A DNA stretch of 64,000 nt from Candidatus Omnitrophota bacterium (GTDB lineage: Bacteria > Omnitrophota > Gorgyraeia > B26-G9), in the NCBI GenBank assembly GCA_043826565.1, contig JBDRPX010000015.1, positions 67,317 through 131,316 of the forward strand. The letters are read 5' to 3'. The position numbers were made by a program, and so were the translations under genes. This document shows positions 49,601 to 60,038 of the stretch, piece by piece (the stretch's first letter is position 1; each line of letters opens with the position of its first letter). The notes under the pieces are model-generated. The model was not told the origin of the DNA. It worked only from the letters and a program-made list of their open reading frames with translations, and made no database searches.

Positions 49601-52600
49601 CCAGCAATAAAGTGCTTTTTACATATTCTCTATCTACGGACCGGTGGAATCAGCTTGCCGAACTGCCGATCGACCCGTATGACCGCCCGACATCAATAGT
49701 GGCCGCGGGAAAACCATGGTTTTTTATCTTTAATTATCGCTGGGATGATTATCTGATGCGCTATCATGTGGCGGAGAATATTTATGACCTGCCGTCTTTT
49801 TTACCCGCGGAAATCAATGAGGATTGCGCTTTAGCCGGGTATAAAGGATATATTTATTATCTAAACAGAGATACGTTTTACAGATATAATGCCCAGCTTA
49901 ATCTTTGGTCGGAGTTGCTGGCTCCGCCGATAACATTTGATGAAACTGATACAACAATGCGGATTGTTGAGTTCGAAGGGCAGCCGTACGCGTATGTTAC
50001 CGGAGGTAATAACCGAAATGGATTTTACCGTTATAGTATTACCAGCAATACCTGGCAGGAATTACCTTCTCCGCCGGCGAATTTTGAAGTGGGAACTTCC
50101 ATGACGCAAAAAGGAAATTATTTATATATACTGCGGGGAGAGTCAAATGCGTTTTGGGAATACAATCTGGTAAATAATACCTGGGCTTTGGCAACAGATA
50201 CGCCGCAATATGTGTATTATGGCGGGCAGGTTGTGTATCCGGGCAGCGGGGATTATGTTTATGTTATGACCGGAAATCATACGGCAAATCTTTACCGGTA
50301 CAATACCGTGGCCAAAAATTGGACCGCGCGGACTCCGGCTCCGGTACCTATGCATAATGCGCATTCAGAATTGATCTATCCCGGTTTTGGCGATTATTTA
50401 TTTGTCCTGCAGGGAGCCTCATATAATACTGATCAAGGTTCATATGTATTTATGCGGTATAAAATGTCTGATCCGGGCGGGGATACCTGGGAAGAACTTA
50501 CGCCGTCGTCTTTTGCGGTTAGGCATCCGGGAACTTTGATCTGGGGGGACGGAGAATATTTTTATGGTATAGAAGGCCGGGGGAACAAGCTGGCCAGATA
50601 TTATTCTTACTGTTTCGGCGACTATACTTCGGGAGTAAAAGAGATCGGCAATCACAGCGGATGGGGCGATGTCAGCTGGATTTTTAACAGTGTGCAGTCG
50701 GCAGCAATTGCTTTTCGCAGCGGGGATACTTTGGATCTATCCGATGCGGATGTCTGGTCTAATGTGGCCGATGTTACTAATGGCCAGGACTTAAGTAATT
50801 CCGCGGCTTGCGCGAATACGGATAAATATATCCAGTATAAGATTACTTTTTCCACGGATGAATTAGCGGAGAGCCCGGCCATTGAACAAATGCAGTTTGA
50901 ATGGGAAAAATATCCGATTTCTCAGACTTTGACCTCCTCTATTTACGATACTACCTTTCTTACCAACAGAATCCTTGATCTTTCCTGGCAGGAAACTCTG
51001 CCCCTGGGAACGGACGCGCGTTTTCAGATGCGCACTTCCGCGGATAATAATACCTGGTCCAGCTGGATGGGAATTGCCGCGGCGCAGGTTTTAACTAATG
51101 ACCTCTCTGATGAGGATGATTATGCCAGATCAAGTAAGATCCAAATAGCTTCCGGGATAGCAAAACTGTTTAAAGAATTAGCTGATTTTAAATATATGCA
51201 GACGATTACAGTGGATAATCTGGGCGGCCCTTTAGAGACCAATAAATTAGTAAATGTGGTGATCCCCAAGACAAATACCCATTTTTGGAATAATGTCAGA
51301 GATGACGGATATGATGTTCGTTTTTATGACGGAACCCAGAAATATGAATATAAACTGATTGATTTTGACCGGGCAAATAAAACCGGAGCGTTCTTAGTTC
51401 AGATCCCGTCTCTGCCCGCGGATGATGAGCTGTCAATATATATGCTTTATGACAGTCCTTCCGCGGATACAGAAAGCAATGAGGCTTTGCGTATTGATGT
51501 AAGAGAATCTGATCTGGCCGCGAGATGGAATTTTGATCAGACTATTGGAAATACTGTCCCGGATTCCTCCGGCAATAATAATAACGGATATTTTATGAGC
51601 AGTCCGTTATGGACCACCGAAGGAAAATTCGGCGGAGCTTTAAGCTGTGACGGCCTTGATGATTATGTAACAGTTCCGAGCACCTCGTCTTTACAGCTTA
51701 CCGGAGATATGACCTTGGGTATCTGGGTGTATCCGGAAAATGTCGGCACTAACTGGTATATGCAGACAATCCATAAAAGATATTGGGGAGAATTTTCCTT
51801 TGGTATTTACCGGGCCGGAAGTTTAGGCTATCTTCAGGGGTATGGTACGAGTTCTTATAATTCCTGGTCGCTTTCCAATTATAATAAAGTTCAAAATAAT
51901 AAATGGCATCATCTGGTTGTGGTCCGAGACGGCACAACCAAGCAGATCACTTCCTATATTAACGGAGTACAGCAGCGTTCCTATAATTATGCCAGCGGCT
52001 ATCAGCCGGTAACCTCATATGATCCGGTAATGATCATGCGCGGATATACCGGGTATGAAATTAAAGGAAAAGTAGACCATACAACAATTCATAATGTTCC
52101 GCTTACGGCCGCGGAAGTTGAACAGCTCTACTTAGGGTATGATCTAAGCAACCCGGAAGATTTGTCGATAAATGAAAGTTCCGCTACCTGTGTAAATCTC
52201 GCGGGATGGTTATATAAAGTTCCGATTACGGTTACGAATAATTCCGCCAGCATCGTAAATAATTCGATTATAACCATAAATGCCGAACAATGGCATGAAT
52301 TCTGGCAGCATGTAAACAGCGACGGCAGTGATGTGCGGGCAGTTGATTCTGATGATACTACCCTGCTTACTTATTATCTGCAGGAATTTGATTCCGCGGC
52401 AAAGACCGGCAGGATCAATGTAGAGATTCCTACGATCCCCGCGTCTTCAAGCAAGACGATCTATTTGTATTACGGTAATAGCGGGGCCAGTAATATTGGA
52501 AACAGTTCTCTAAACTTAGAATGGGATGTGGGTACGTATCCTGATTTTAGCGGATGGTCACGTCCTTCAACCTGGAACACAAACACCGGCATATACATGA

Positions 52601-55600
52601 TGGGCGGATACGCGCGTTTAGGCTTGAGCGCGGACACGCAAAAGACAGTAATCAATCTTCCGGCCGGAACCTATGAAATTGAATTCAATTATTATTATAT
52701 TGATTCCTGGGATTCAGAATACGGCCAGTTATATTGGAACGGTACCAGGATTTGGAATGTATCCAGCAGTACGATCCCGTCCGGGCCTGATGTCGGCGGA
52801 TACAGTACTTACGGCGACCGCGTGGACCATCCGGCGTTTAAGGTTACGGTTGTTCATCCCGGAGGGAACGCGGTTTTACGTTTTGCTTCCACGACAAATG
52901 AAAGCACGGTTAATGAAAGTTTTGGTGTGAATAATATTATTATCCGCACATTACAGTCCTCAACATTGGAAGTTACTCCGCCGTATGTAACGGAAAATAA
53001 TATTTATGATACCGGAACTTATTACACGGACAATCCGGTTGTTCAGCCGATATTGGGTGTTTTTTATGAAGGTAATATATCAAATTTCCAGGCGGTTACT
53101 ACAGAGCCGTCAAATACGGATATCGGGTTCCAGGTTTCGGCGGACGGGTATAACTGGTATTGGTATTCAACCGGTGATTGGCGAAAAACAGAACTGGGAT
53201 ATCTTAATACAAACAGCGCGGCCCAGATAAATTCTAACCTGGTGAATTTTCAGTCAAAATTCCCGGCTGGTGATTTTTATTACCGGGCATTTTTAAATTC
53301 TAGCGGTACGAATACCCCGGAACTCAATGAGGTGAGAATTACTTTAACCAGTCCGCCGAGTTATTATTTTGACGCGGCGGCCGGAGAGGCTGTAAATACG
53401 ATCAATGAAGATTGTCTGGATGACCGGTATATTCAATACCGGACAACTTTGTATTCCTACGGAGAAAGTACGCCGGTTATTGACAGTGTCAGTATTGATT
53501 ATATTAAATCAGAAGTAAATGTAACCTCCCCTAACGGCGGTGAGGAATGGCCGGTTGCTTCGGCTCAAACAATCACCTGGACTTCCGCGGGTGTTGATGA
53601 CGCGGCTTCGCATGTGAAGATAGAATATTCATCAAATAACGGAACCAGCTGGAATACGATAATTGGTTCCACGGCAAATGACGGCAGTTATCCCTGGACT
53701 GTGGAAAATTCCGCTTCTCCTAATTGTTTAGTCCGGATCACTTCTGTGGAATTTCCCACGGTTATTGATCAGTCTGACGCGGTATTTCAGATCATGGGCC
53801 TTATTCTTACCGCGCCCAATGGCGGCCAAGTATGGGAAGTAAACCGGATCCATACGATTACCTGGACATCTTCAGGTACGGTCAGTAATGAATTAACTAT
53901 TGAATATTCTACGAATAATGGCACCAGCTGGGCCGGAACTTTGGCAACTCAGCGGCCGAATACCGGTACTACTAATTGCCAGATGCCGAATGTTAATTCT
54001 GATGCGGTTCGGATCCGGATATTTGACTCCCTTAATACTAATGTTATTGATGTTTCCGACGCGGTTATGTCCATTGTTCCGGCACCGGTGATCACCATAA
54101 ATACTCCGAACGGCGCAGAGCAATGGATCGTGGGCGATACTTATACCATAGATTGGCAAACCAATTCCCGCCAGTTCTCGGCGAATGTAATATTGGAATA
54201 TTCCAAAGATAATTTCAGTACAACTGTTCCCATTATTACTAAGAGTATTGGAACTGCGGCCGGCCCAAACAATAATGATGACATTTCCGGAAGCCATGAC
54301 TGGGTAGTTCCGGAAGATATATCCACGACAGTAAAGATAAGAATAAGGGAAGAAAGTATTCCTCCGGCACGGGATACGCAGAGTATTATCTGGGATATGT
54401 CGGATAATAATTTTTCGCTTATTTTCCCGTATATTACGATAAGTTCACCGCAGGAAGAGGTTACCTGGGTTTCCGGAGATGCTCATGATATTACCTGGAC
54501 ATTCTTTGGAACAGTAAGCAATGATCTGCTCCTTGAATATACAACTGACGGGTCTAATTTCACGACTATTGACGATAACCAAGCTAATGACGGATTATAT
54601 TCCTGGACTGTTCCGGATGAAGATTCAGCTACGGTGCAGGTAAGAATTACGGATAATGCCTGGAATCAGGTTACGGGGATTTCTCCGGTATTTACAATTA
54701 TTCCCTATCCGGTGCTTAAAGTTTTATATCCGAACGGCGGTGAAGTATTGGCGATTGGAGCTACTTATGAACTTCGCTGGACTTCTTTTGGCCAGAAATT
54801 AGCCTCCGGCGGCGCGGATTATTTTAATATTGATATCTGGTATTCCGCGAATAATGGAACTACCTGGGCTGTTGTCAGTTTAGGCCAGGCTAATGACGGG
54901 TCTTTGAACTGGCAGACGGCTGATGCCGAAACCACGGAGGCTTTAGTCAAAGTTGAAGATAGTAATGACCTGCTGATTGTGGATACTTCGGATGCTGTTT
55001 TTGAAATCACAAATCCGGTTCTGACAATTACTTCTCCGAACGGCGCGGAAGGGTGGTACGCAACCGGTACGTATGATATAACCTGGGATTCTTTGGGAGC
55101 GGTCAGCAATAATCTGTTATTAGAGTATTCAACTAATGCCGGTGTTTCCTGGACAACGATTGCCGGCAGCCAGAATAATGATCATGTTTATTCCTGGACG
55201 GTTGCCGATGTTATTTCTGATCAGGTCAAAATAAAAATTACCGATAGCAATCGTCCTTTGGTTTGGGATGATTCTGATGCTAATTTCAGTATTCTTGCTC
55301 CGACAATTACAGTTACCGTACCAAATGGCGGAGAAGAATGGATTATCGGAACAAGCCATGGTATAGAATGGGCCACACAAGGCGGAGATGTTAACGCGGT
55401 TAAAGATAATCTGACGATCCAATATTCATCTAACGGAGGAGGGTCTTGGAATGATCTATGGACCGGCTTGGCAAATTCCGGAAGTCAGGCGTGGGAAATT
55501 CCGGATGATTTGTCCGATAACTGTCTGATCAGGATTTTTGACGCGTTCCGTCCGGCTACCATAGACCAGTCTGACGCGATGTTCGCGATTAAGATTCCGT

Positions 55601-58600
55601 ATGTGGATATTATTGCGCCGAACGGCGGAGAAAGCTGGCCGATCGGAACAACTCAGAGTATAAACTGGGGGTCTTTGGGAACAGTCAGCAATAATCTGGT
55701 TATTGAATATTCTAAAGATAATTTTGTCAGCAACATTAATACAATTTCTACTTTTGAAGCAAATGACGGTTTATATGAATGGCTGTCTGTAGCGGATGAT
55801 TATTCGGTAACAGTTAAAATCAGGATCACTGACGCGGATAATCCGTCAATTACCGATACCTCAGAAACAGCGTTTACGATCGCGTATCCGTTAATTACGG
55901 TTACGGTGCCGAATGGCGGAGAAATATGGACCGTCGGTGATACGGAAAATATTACCTGGACTAACACCGGAAGCGTGGGCAATGATCTGAAGATCGAATA
56001 CTCTAAAGACAATTTTAACGCGGATACGAACATGATTATTGTTTCCACGGCAAACACCGGCAGTTACAGCTGGCCGTCAATCCCTAATGATGTTTCCGCT
56101 TCGGTAAGGGTACGGATTACGGATAATACCCGTCCGGTAGTTTGGGACAGATCTAACGGGAATTTTACGATTTTGCCGATTCCGGCAATTACGATTACCG
56201 CGCCCAATGGCGGAGAAATATGGCGTTATGGAACAACCCAGAGTATTACCTGGGAAGATAATGGCGGGTTGATTTCCAATAATCTGACCATAACATATTC
56301 TACGGATAATGGAACTACCTACACCGGAAGTATTATTACCGGAGCGGCAAATATCGGTTCCTACAGCTGGAACATTCCGGATGATGTACATCCGCAATGT
56401 TTTCTTAGGATCCAGGATGCGCAAAGGCCGTCGACAAATGACATTTCCGATGCGTCATTTATCATTGCTGATCCGCGGATCACCATAACTTCACCTAATG
56501 GCGGAGAAGTCTGGGCGGTTGCTGATCAGGCGCCGATAACCTGGACTACCGAAGGCACGATCAGTAATAATCTGATCCTGCAGTATTCCGGTAACGGAGG
56601 ATCCAGTTATACGCAGGTTGCTTCCGGAATAAGTAATACCGGAGCATATACCTGGACAGTTCCGGATGATGTTACGACTAATGCTTTATTTGAAATAACT
56701 GACGGAAACCGGCCGGTAAGCAAGGATATTTCGAATGCGGTATTCCGGATCATTGCTATGCCGCTAATTGATATTACAACTCCGGACGGCGGCGAAGAAT
56801 TTGTTCTGGGAGATACCTCATCTATTACCTGGACATGGTTAGGTTTATCTATTTCAAATAATTTATTGATTGATTATTCCGGAGACGGATTTGCTACGCG
56901 CAGAGTAATTGCTTCCGTGGAAGCAAATGACGGTTTGTATACCTGGGCGATCCCGGATGACGCGCTTACCGGCTCGACACTTAAGATGAGGATCACTGAC
57001 GGTAATCGTACGGAAATAACTAATCAGTCCGGCGGATATTTTAGAATTCGCGGTGGTTTTACAATCCTTTCACCTAACGGCGGTGAAAACTGGGTAGCTA
57101 AATCGGATCATTCAGTTACCTGGCAGACAAAAGGAACTATTTCTAGGGTAAAACTTGAATACAGTACGGATAACGGATTGAACTGGTCTATGGTCGCTTC
57201 GAATGTGTCTAATGCCGGAGCCTACACCTGGATATTACCGGATGCGCAGTCTGTGCAGGCAAGAATCCGGATTTCCGATGTGGATGATCCAACTGTAAAT
57301 GACCAGAATGATGCGACGTTTAATATTGTTTATGCTTCGGTTGTGTTTAATGTTTTGGACTATGATACGTTGCAGCATTTGCAGGATATAAATACGAATG
57401 AGCCGTATACCGGATGGAATGATTCCGGAGTTAATTCTCCGATTAGCCGGATGCAGCAGTACCCCTATGGCAACTATACGACATTTTTCTCTAAAACCAA
57501 CTACATTGATAATAGTGTTAGCTGGGTAGCGCCAAAATCCGGGACCGATACGTATGTTATCAATACCTATCTGGAAAACTCCGCGTCCGCGCAGGTTACA
57601 TGGGAAGCGGTATTGACCTACAGTTTTAGCCCGGCCACGGATTCCTTAAGCGGTGTCGGTTCTTTGCAGAGAAAAGGAAAACTTGTCGGAACTAATGAAT
57701 TAGAACGCGTGGATATGGGGCCGGCAGTATTGACTATTTATGAACCGAATTCCACGGTGATTAGGAATCTAGTTTCCGCTAATGCTCCCGGAGATAATGG
57801 TATGTATAACTTGATGCTTACTAATACTGATTTTGAATCCGGACAAGTATATCCGGCAACTTTGACAATTACTTATAGATCAAGAGAATATACTTCCAGT
57901 GCCAGTATTGATGTTGGTTCGGAGATTCTGCAGTATGAGTTCTTTACCCAGACAGCTACTCAATTGGCCGCTTCTGTGGCGCAGATTGAAACAGCAGTCG
58001 GGGCGGGGACTCAAGCGACAATTAACAAGCTGGATGAAACCAGAGCATCTTTAGAAAATAAAGTTGACAGTTCCGCGGCAACTGTAATCGGGGTAGTAAC
58101 AGATACCAAAACAGAGCTTACGGCTAATCTTTCTTCAACCCGGGAAAGCTTAGAAGGTACCTTGGCGGCTACCAGCGAAGATTTGCAGACTACTATGAAA
58201 TCAAACATTCTCAACCGTGAGAAATCGGTCAAGGGCGGAGCTGATCTGATGATCCGATATAGAACATATTCCGGCTTAATTCCCAAGATCGATGTTTATG
58301 ATACTCAGAATGTCCAGAGAATTGATAAAGGACTTATGACTGAGATGGGCACAACCGGTATTTATGAATACAAGGTCAAGTTCTATAACAGTTGGGGGCA
58401 GGGAGATTGTACAATTGTTTGTTCGGAAGAGACCAAGGGGACTTTAGACGCATTGACAATTACGATTGTTAGGTCTACAGTAGATGATATAGCCGGACAG
58501 ACTTCGGCGATCTTAGGTTCAACCTCAGGATTAAGTGATATTGGCCAGGTGGTGGATATCTTAGGTAATCAGATCGGCCTGATTGAAGCATCATTCTCCA

Positions 58601-58890
58601 GGATCGGTAAAGAGATTGTTTCGGAGGCTCAGGGCGGCTCGAAGAGGGACAAGGAACTGGAAGTTATTTATAATCAGCTGAGCAGTATGGGAGCGCAGCT
58701 GAAAGATCTGGGACAGCTGGAATCTGTCGGCTTAGGCGGAAAAGCCGGAGTTGCGGAAGAAAAGAAGAAGGATATAGTATATCTTAAAAACAAAACTCAG
58801 GAAATGAAGGCAATGCTTGAGTTGAATAATAAGATGATCGAAAACATCAGCGCGAAACCCGTCACTCAAGTATGGTATGAATTTAAATAA
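46633..58890 (+). CDS. Giant exported protein (~4,085 aa): Kelch-like repeats, 2x DUF2341, LamG, 13 PNGGE Ig-like repeats, helical C-terminus
   Basis: Signal peptide after GGAGAG; many YIY..G...FYRY....W blades; FW.NV.DDG.DVRF; WNFD...WHHLVVV; SPNGGE..W repeats. Confidence 0.9.
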   Translation: MKMMIKKTIGVLLVVLLVVFGLAKAGYLQEAGTFLQDSWNSGTSSTVAVHPGNQSNWSRYTSRDSNILTAGGSIYLAPNTFTVTDTSDTDFAKGTLNNVIISGTGNGSQLELTSSVTDPFASQLGEWLNLPSIPAPGLFSTYTKMGNYIYCLFGSGDGKQFGRFNLTSKTWEFLTPIPVAVAVGATITNDGEYIYALRGSGSRDAYFYLPPEGPDPDPANTLFSVASPAPGEWKQFPSLTSGVNYGSNIVRTGGTLSSKSGALYAMCGSGSTTFVKYDPNIGGGVWMGRSSTPATIGEGGALAYKPGSNFIYAARGSQTDTFWRYNISANTWDTSLAAVPDLDPSNTTTNINVRFWQGSDLWYPGSGDYVYAAGMYDEYDSSTVYRRQNRSFFKYGPLSGAATWTRLPDVPSYLGAYKFIIYDPDAGGPTEGDELQYFSGKNYTRPWRFDNVNEKWITLSQAPYDAPYGINICYPGTGDFLYYIPADGNYDFYRYSISGNSWERLKNLPSGPRYAGTRLCYLNGYIYCLKGYTSGSFYRYAIAQTPGADNWDYLANYPYTDLEYGSSIIGVQIAGQDYIYGLRGNEYGNFYRYNVSTDTWADTMATMPDQPDGSYLIFPNYAEPNGYKYIYAARGQYSNDMYKYGPIEEDENLTDDIDGDFQTKGRWTQVTDTPSYFRFCENYGACLSYQGSGPYIYAFTGDNDDIGYAFRFARYNMDTDAWDDLDSTPMNQTYFDCTSTSDAIFAVGYYGYGNFWKYDLATQQWNEPVIDQYRNELGTTVVDSNNNIYLVYGGRDGYHYSHFWKFDPNQNRWTDIIRAPFVLAAGVKAEYLTSTNSIYVTEGRGSTTLYKYNVGTKVWSECAESPIRFWRGAQLAADDANNIIYAMPGWDIRNFYVYDAADYWNQLENPPKAHEDMIEGMEVANGKVYLLSGDDEAEFYEYSPLPTNTWLPKTKVGDPTGDGSVFETTSHGGGLFYPGSGDLMYCITRSSNKVLFTYSLSTDRWNQLAELPIDPYDRPTSIVAAGKPWFFIFNYRWDDYLMRYHVAENIYDLPSFLPAEINEDCALAGYKGYIYYLNRDTFYRYNAQLNLWSELLAPPITFDETDTTMRIVEFEGQPYAYVTGGNNRNGFYRYSITSNTWQELPSPPANFEVGTSMTQKGNYLYILRGESNAFWEYNLVNNTWALATDTPQYVYYGGQVVYPGSGDYVYVMTGNHTANLYRYNTVAKNWTARTPAPVPMHNAHSELIYPGFGDYLFVLQGASYNTDQGSYVFMRYKMSDPGGDTWEELTPSSFAVRHPGTLIWGDGEYFYGIEGRGNKLARYYSYCFGDYTSGVKEIGNHSGWGDVSWIFNSVQSAAIAFRSGDTLDLSDADVWSNVADVTNGQDLSNSAACANTDKYIQYKITFSTDELAESPAIEQMQFEWEKYPISQTLTSSIYDTTFLTNRILDLSWQETLPLGTDARFQMRTSADNNTWSSWMGIAAAQVLTNDLSDEDDYARSSKIQIASGIAKLFKELADFKYMQTITVDNLGGPLETNKLVNVVIPKTNTHFWNNVRDDGYDVRFYDGTQKYEYKLIDFDRANKTGAFLVQIPSLPADDELSIYMLYDSPSADTESNEALRIDVRESDLAARWNFDQTIGNTVPDSSGNNNNGYFMSSPLWTTEGKFGGALSCDGLDDYVTVPSTSSLQLTGDMTLGIWVYPENVGTNWYMQTIHKRYWGEFSFGIYRAGSLGYLQGYGTSSYNSWSLSNYNKVQNNKWHHLVVVRDGTTKQITSYINGVQQRSYNYASGYQPVTSYDPVMIMRGYTGYEIKGKVDHTTIHNVPLTAAEVEQLYLGYDLSNPEDLSINESSATCVNLAGWLYKVPITVTNNSASIVNNSIITINAEQWHEFWQHVNSDGSDVRAVDSDDTTLLTYYLQEFDSAAKTGRINVEIPTIPASSSKTIYLYYGNSGASNIGNSSLNLEWDVGTYPDFSGWSRPSTWNTNTGIYMMGGYARLGLSADTQKTVINLPAGTYEIEFNYYYIDSWDSEYGQLYWNGTRIWNVSSSTIPSGPDVGGYSTYGDRVDHPAFKVTVVHPGGNAVLRFASTTNESTVNESFGVNNIIIRTLQSSTLEVTPPYVTENNIYDTGTYYTDNPVVQPILGVFYEGNISNFQAVTTEPSNTDIGFQVSADGYNWYWYSTGDWRKTELGYLNTNSAAQINSNLVNFQSKFPAGDFYYRAFLNSSGTNTPELNEVRITLTSPPSYYFDAAAGEAVNTINEDCLDDRYIQYRTTLYSYGESTPVIDSVSIDYIKSEVNVTSPNGGEEWPVASAQTITWTSAGVDDAASHVKIEYSSNNGTSWNTIIGSTANDGSYPWTVENSASPNCLVRITSVEFPTVIDQSDAVFQIMGLILTAPNGGQVWEVNRIHTITWTSSGTVSNELTIEYSTNNGTSWAGTLATQRPNTGTTNCQMPNVNSDAVRIRIFDSLNTNVIDVSDAVMSIVPAPVITINTPNGAEQWIVGDTYTIDWQTNSRQFSANVILEYSKDNFSTTVPIITKSIGTAAGPNNNDDISGSHDWVVPEDISTTVKIRIREESIPPARDTQSIIWDMSDNNFSLIFPYITISSPQEEVTWVSGDAHDITWTFFGTVSNDLLLEYTTDGSNFTTIDDNQANDGLYSWTVPDEDSATVQVRITDNAWNQVTGISPVFTIIPYPVLKVLYPNGGEVLAIGATYELRWTSFGQKLASGGADYFNIDIWYSANNGTTWAVVSLGQANDGSLNWQTADAETTEALVKVEDSNDLLIVDTSDAVFEITNPVLTITSPNGAEGWYATGTYDITWDSLGAVSNNLLLEYSTNAGVSWTTIAGSQNNDHVYSWTVADVISDQVKIKITDSNRPLVWDDSDANFSILAPTITVTVPNGGEEWIIGTSHGIEWATQGGDVNAVKDNLTIQYSSNGGGSWNDLWTGLANSGSQAWEIPDDLSDNCLIRIFDAFRPATIDQSDAMFAIKIPYVDIIAPNGGESWPIGTTQSINWGSLGTVSNNLVIEYSKDNFVSNINTISTFEANDGLYEWLSVADDYSVTVKIRITDADNPSITDTSETAFTIAYPLITVTVPNGGEIWTVGDTENITWTNTGSVGNDLKIEYSKDNFNADTNMIIVSTANTGSYSWPSIPNDVSASVRVRITDNTRPVVWDRSNGNFTILPIPAITITAPNGGEIWRYGTTQSITWEDNGGLISNNLTITYSTDNGTTYTGSIITGAANIGSYSWNIPDDVHPQCFLRIQDAQRPSTNDISDASFIIADPRITITSPNGGEVWAVADQAPITWTTEGTISNNLILQYSGNGGSSYTQVASGISNTGAYTWTVPDDVTTNALFEITDGNRPVSKDISNAVFRIIAMPLIDITTPDGGEEFVLGDTSSITWTWLGLSISNNLLIDYSGDGFATRRVIASVEANDGLYTWAIPDDALTGSTLKMRITDGNRTEITNQSGGYFRIRGGFTILSPNGGENWVAKSDHSVTWQTKGTISRVKLEYSTDNGLNWSMVASNVSNAGAYTWILPDAQSVQARIRISDVDDPTVNDQNDATFNIVYASVVFNVLDYDTLQHLQDINTNEPYTGWNDSGVNSPISRMQQYPYGNYTTFFSKTNYIDNSVSWVAPKSGTDTYVINTYLENSASAQVTWEAVLTYSFSPATDSLSGVGSLQRKGKLVGTNELERVDMGPAVLTIYEPNSTVIRNLVSANAPGDNGMYNLMLTNTDFESGQVYPATLTITYRSREYTSSASIDVGSEILQYEFFTQTATQLAASVAQIETAVGAGTQATINKLDETRASLENKVDSSAATVIGVVTDTKTELTANLSSTRESLEGTLAATSEDLQTTMKSNILNREKSVKGGADLMIRYRTYSGLIPKIDVYDTQNVQRIDKGLMTEMGTTGIYEYKVKFYNSWGQGDCTIVCSEETKGTLDALTITIVRSTVDDIAGQTSAILGSTSGLSDIGQVVDILGNQIGLIEASFSRIGKEIVSEAQGGSKRDKELEVIYNQLSSMGAQLKDLGQLESVGLGGKAGVAEEKKKDIVYLKNKTQEMKAMLELNNKMIENISAKPVTQVWYEFK

Positions 58891-59043
58891 GTAAAGAACT
58901 GACGGGGTTGGTACGAATTTAAGTAAACGAAGAATGGGGCGAATATGTTCAGGCTGCCGGGGTAAAGGAATACCCCCAGACCTGAACAGCAAATCGCAGA
59001 AAAGACACAAACCTCAAGTTACAAGTTAAAAAAAGATAAAAAC

Positions 59044-59068
59044 GTAGGGGCGCCGCTTGTCTGCGCCC
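59044..59068 (+). repeat. GTAG REP palindrome
   Basis: GTAGGGGCGCCGCTTGTCTGCGCCC. Confidence 0.75.
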
Positions 59069-59160
59069 GATATAAAAATCAAAAAGATAAAACATTATAC
59101 AATTAACATTTAACAATTAACAATTAATATTTAACATTTATCTATATAGGGAGGGAAACC

Positions 59161-59979
59161 ATGGAGCGGATTAAAGGATTAAGAGCCGGGATATTTATTG
59201 TTCTGTTCTTCTGTTGTGTGATCTTTATTTTTGCCCAGGAAGCGCAAGCGAATATTACCCTAAAAGTTCTTGGCGTAAACCCATCCAAAACACAGACCCA
59301 GATAGTTACCTTAAAAGCATATTTACCCAAAGAAGTCACTCCGATAGATGTGATGGATAAGGGGGATCTGTCCATGACTTACGACACTCAGCAGGGAGCG
59401 TATTTTGTATTTGGTGAGTATGAACTTAAGCCGGAAGAATCAGTAGAGCGGGAAGTGGTTATTAAAGATATCTGGATTGTTCCGGATGCGGAGATTGATA
59501 ATTTGCGTTCGGAAATTGATAAAACCATAGAGTTGATCCAAAATACGGAGTTTGAAGACCGGGCTAATTTTTTAAAAGACAGCATTGAATCAAAATTAGA
59601 CCGGATCATCAATAAGCAAAAAGCCTCCGCAGCTAATCCGCAATCGCATATTTCCGAATATCGGGATAATCTGGATCTTTTAGATGCCGCGAAACAGGAT
59701 CTTATGCTGGCGAGAAGTTTTCTTACCCAGGCAAAACGATTGCCTTCAATAACTATTTGGAAGCTGTTCTTTTTTATAGTCGGATTTCTGGCTGTTTTAG
59801 CCGGTAGTCTTTATTTTATCTGGGCAAATCAGGCTAAGGCAATGAAGGAGAATGCTCAGCAAACGGAAACATCCGCGAAAACGAATGAAGATGACGGACT
59901 TACTCCGGAACAGCATACCGCAGCAGAAGCAAAAGAAGTTAGTGCCGAAGATATTGAAGACCTCATGAAAAACGAATAA
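59161..59979 (+). CDS. Exported hypothetical protein with helical bundle and C-terminal TM anchor
   Basis: Signal peptide AQA, TM IWKLFFFIVGFLAVLAGSLYFIW, acidic tail; GGAGG RBS. Confidence 0.75.
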   Translation: MERIKGLRAGIFIVLFFCCVIFIFAQEAQANITLKVLGVNPSKTQTQIVTLKAYLPKEVTPIDVMDKGDLSMTYDTQQGAYFVFGEYELKPEESVEREVVIKDIWIVPDAEIDNLRSEIDKTIELIQNTEFEDRANFLKDSIESKLDRIINKQKASAANPQSHISEYRDNLDLLDAAKQDLMLARSFLTQAKRLPSITIWKLFFFIVGFLAVLAGSLYFIWANQAKAMKENAQQTETSAKTNEDDGLTPEQHTAAEAKEVSAEDIEDLMKNE

Positions 59980-60038
59980 TGTGTGTTTTGGCTAAAAATG
60001 TGATATATTAATTCAATAACAAAGAAAGATATAATGCT

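Noticed and set aside
46633-58890. Diversity-generating retroelement target in the giant gene
   Set aside because: No reverse transcriptase and no near-identical TR/VR pair differing at adenines was seen.
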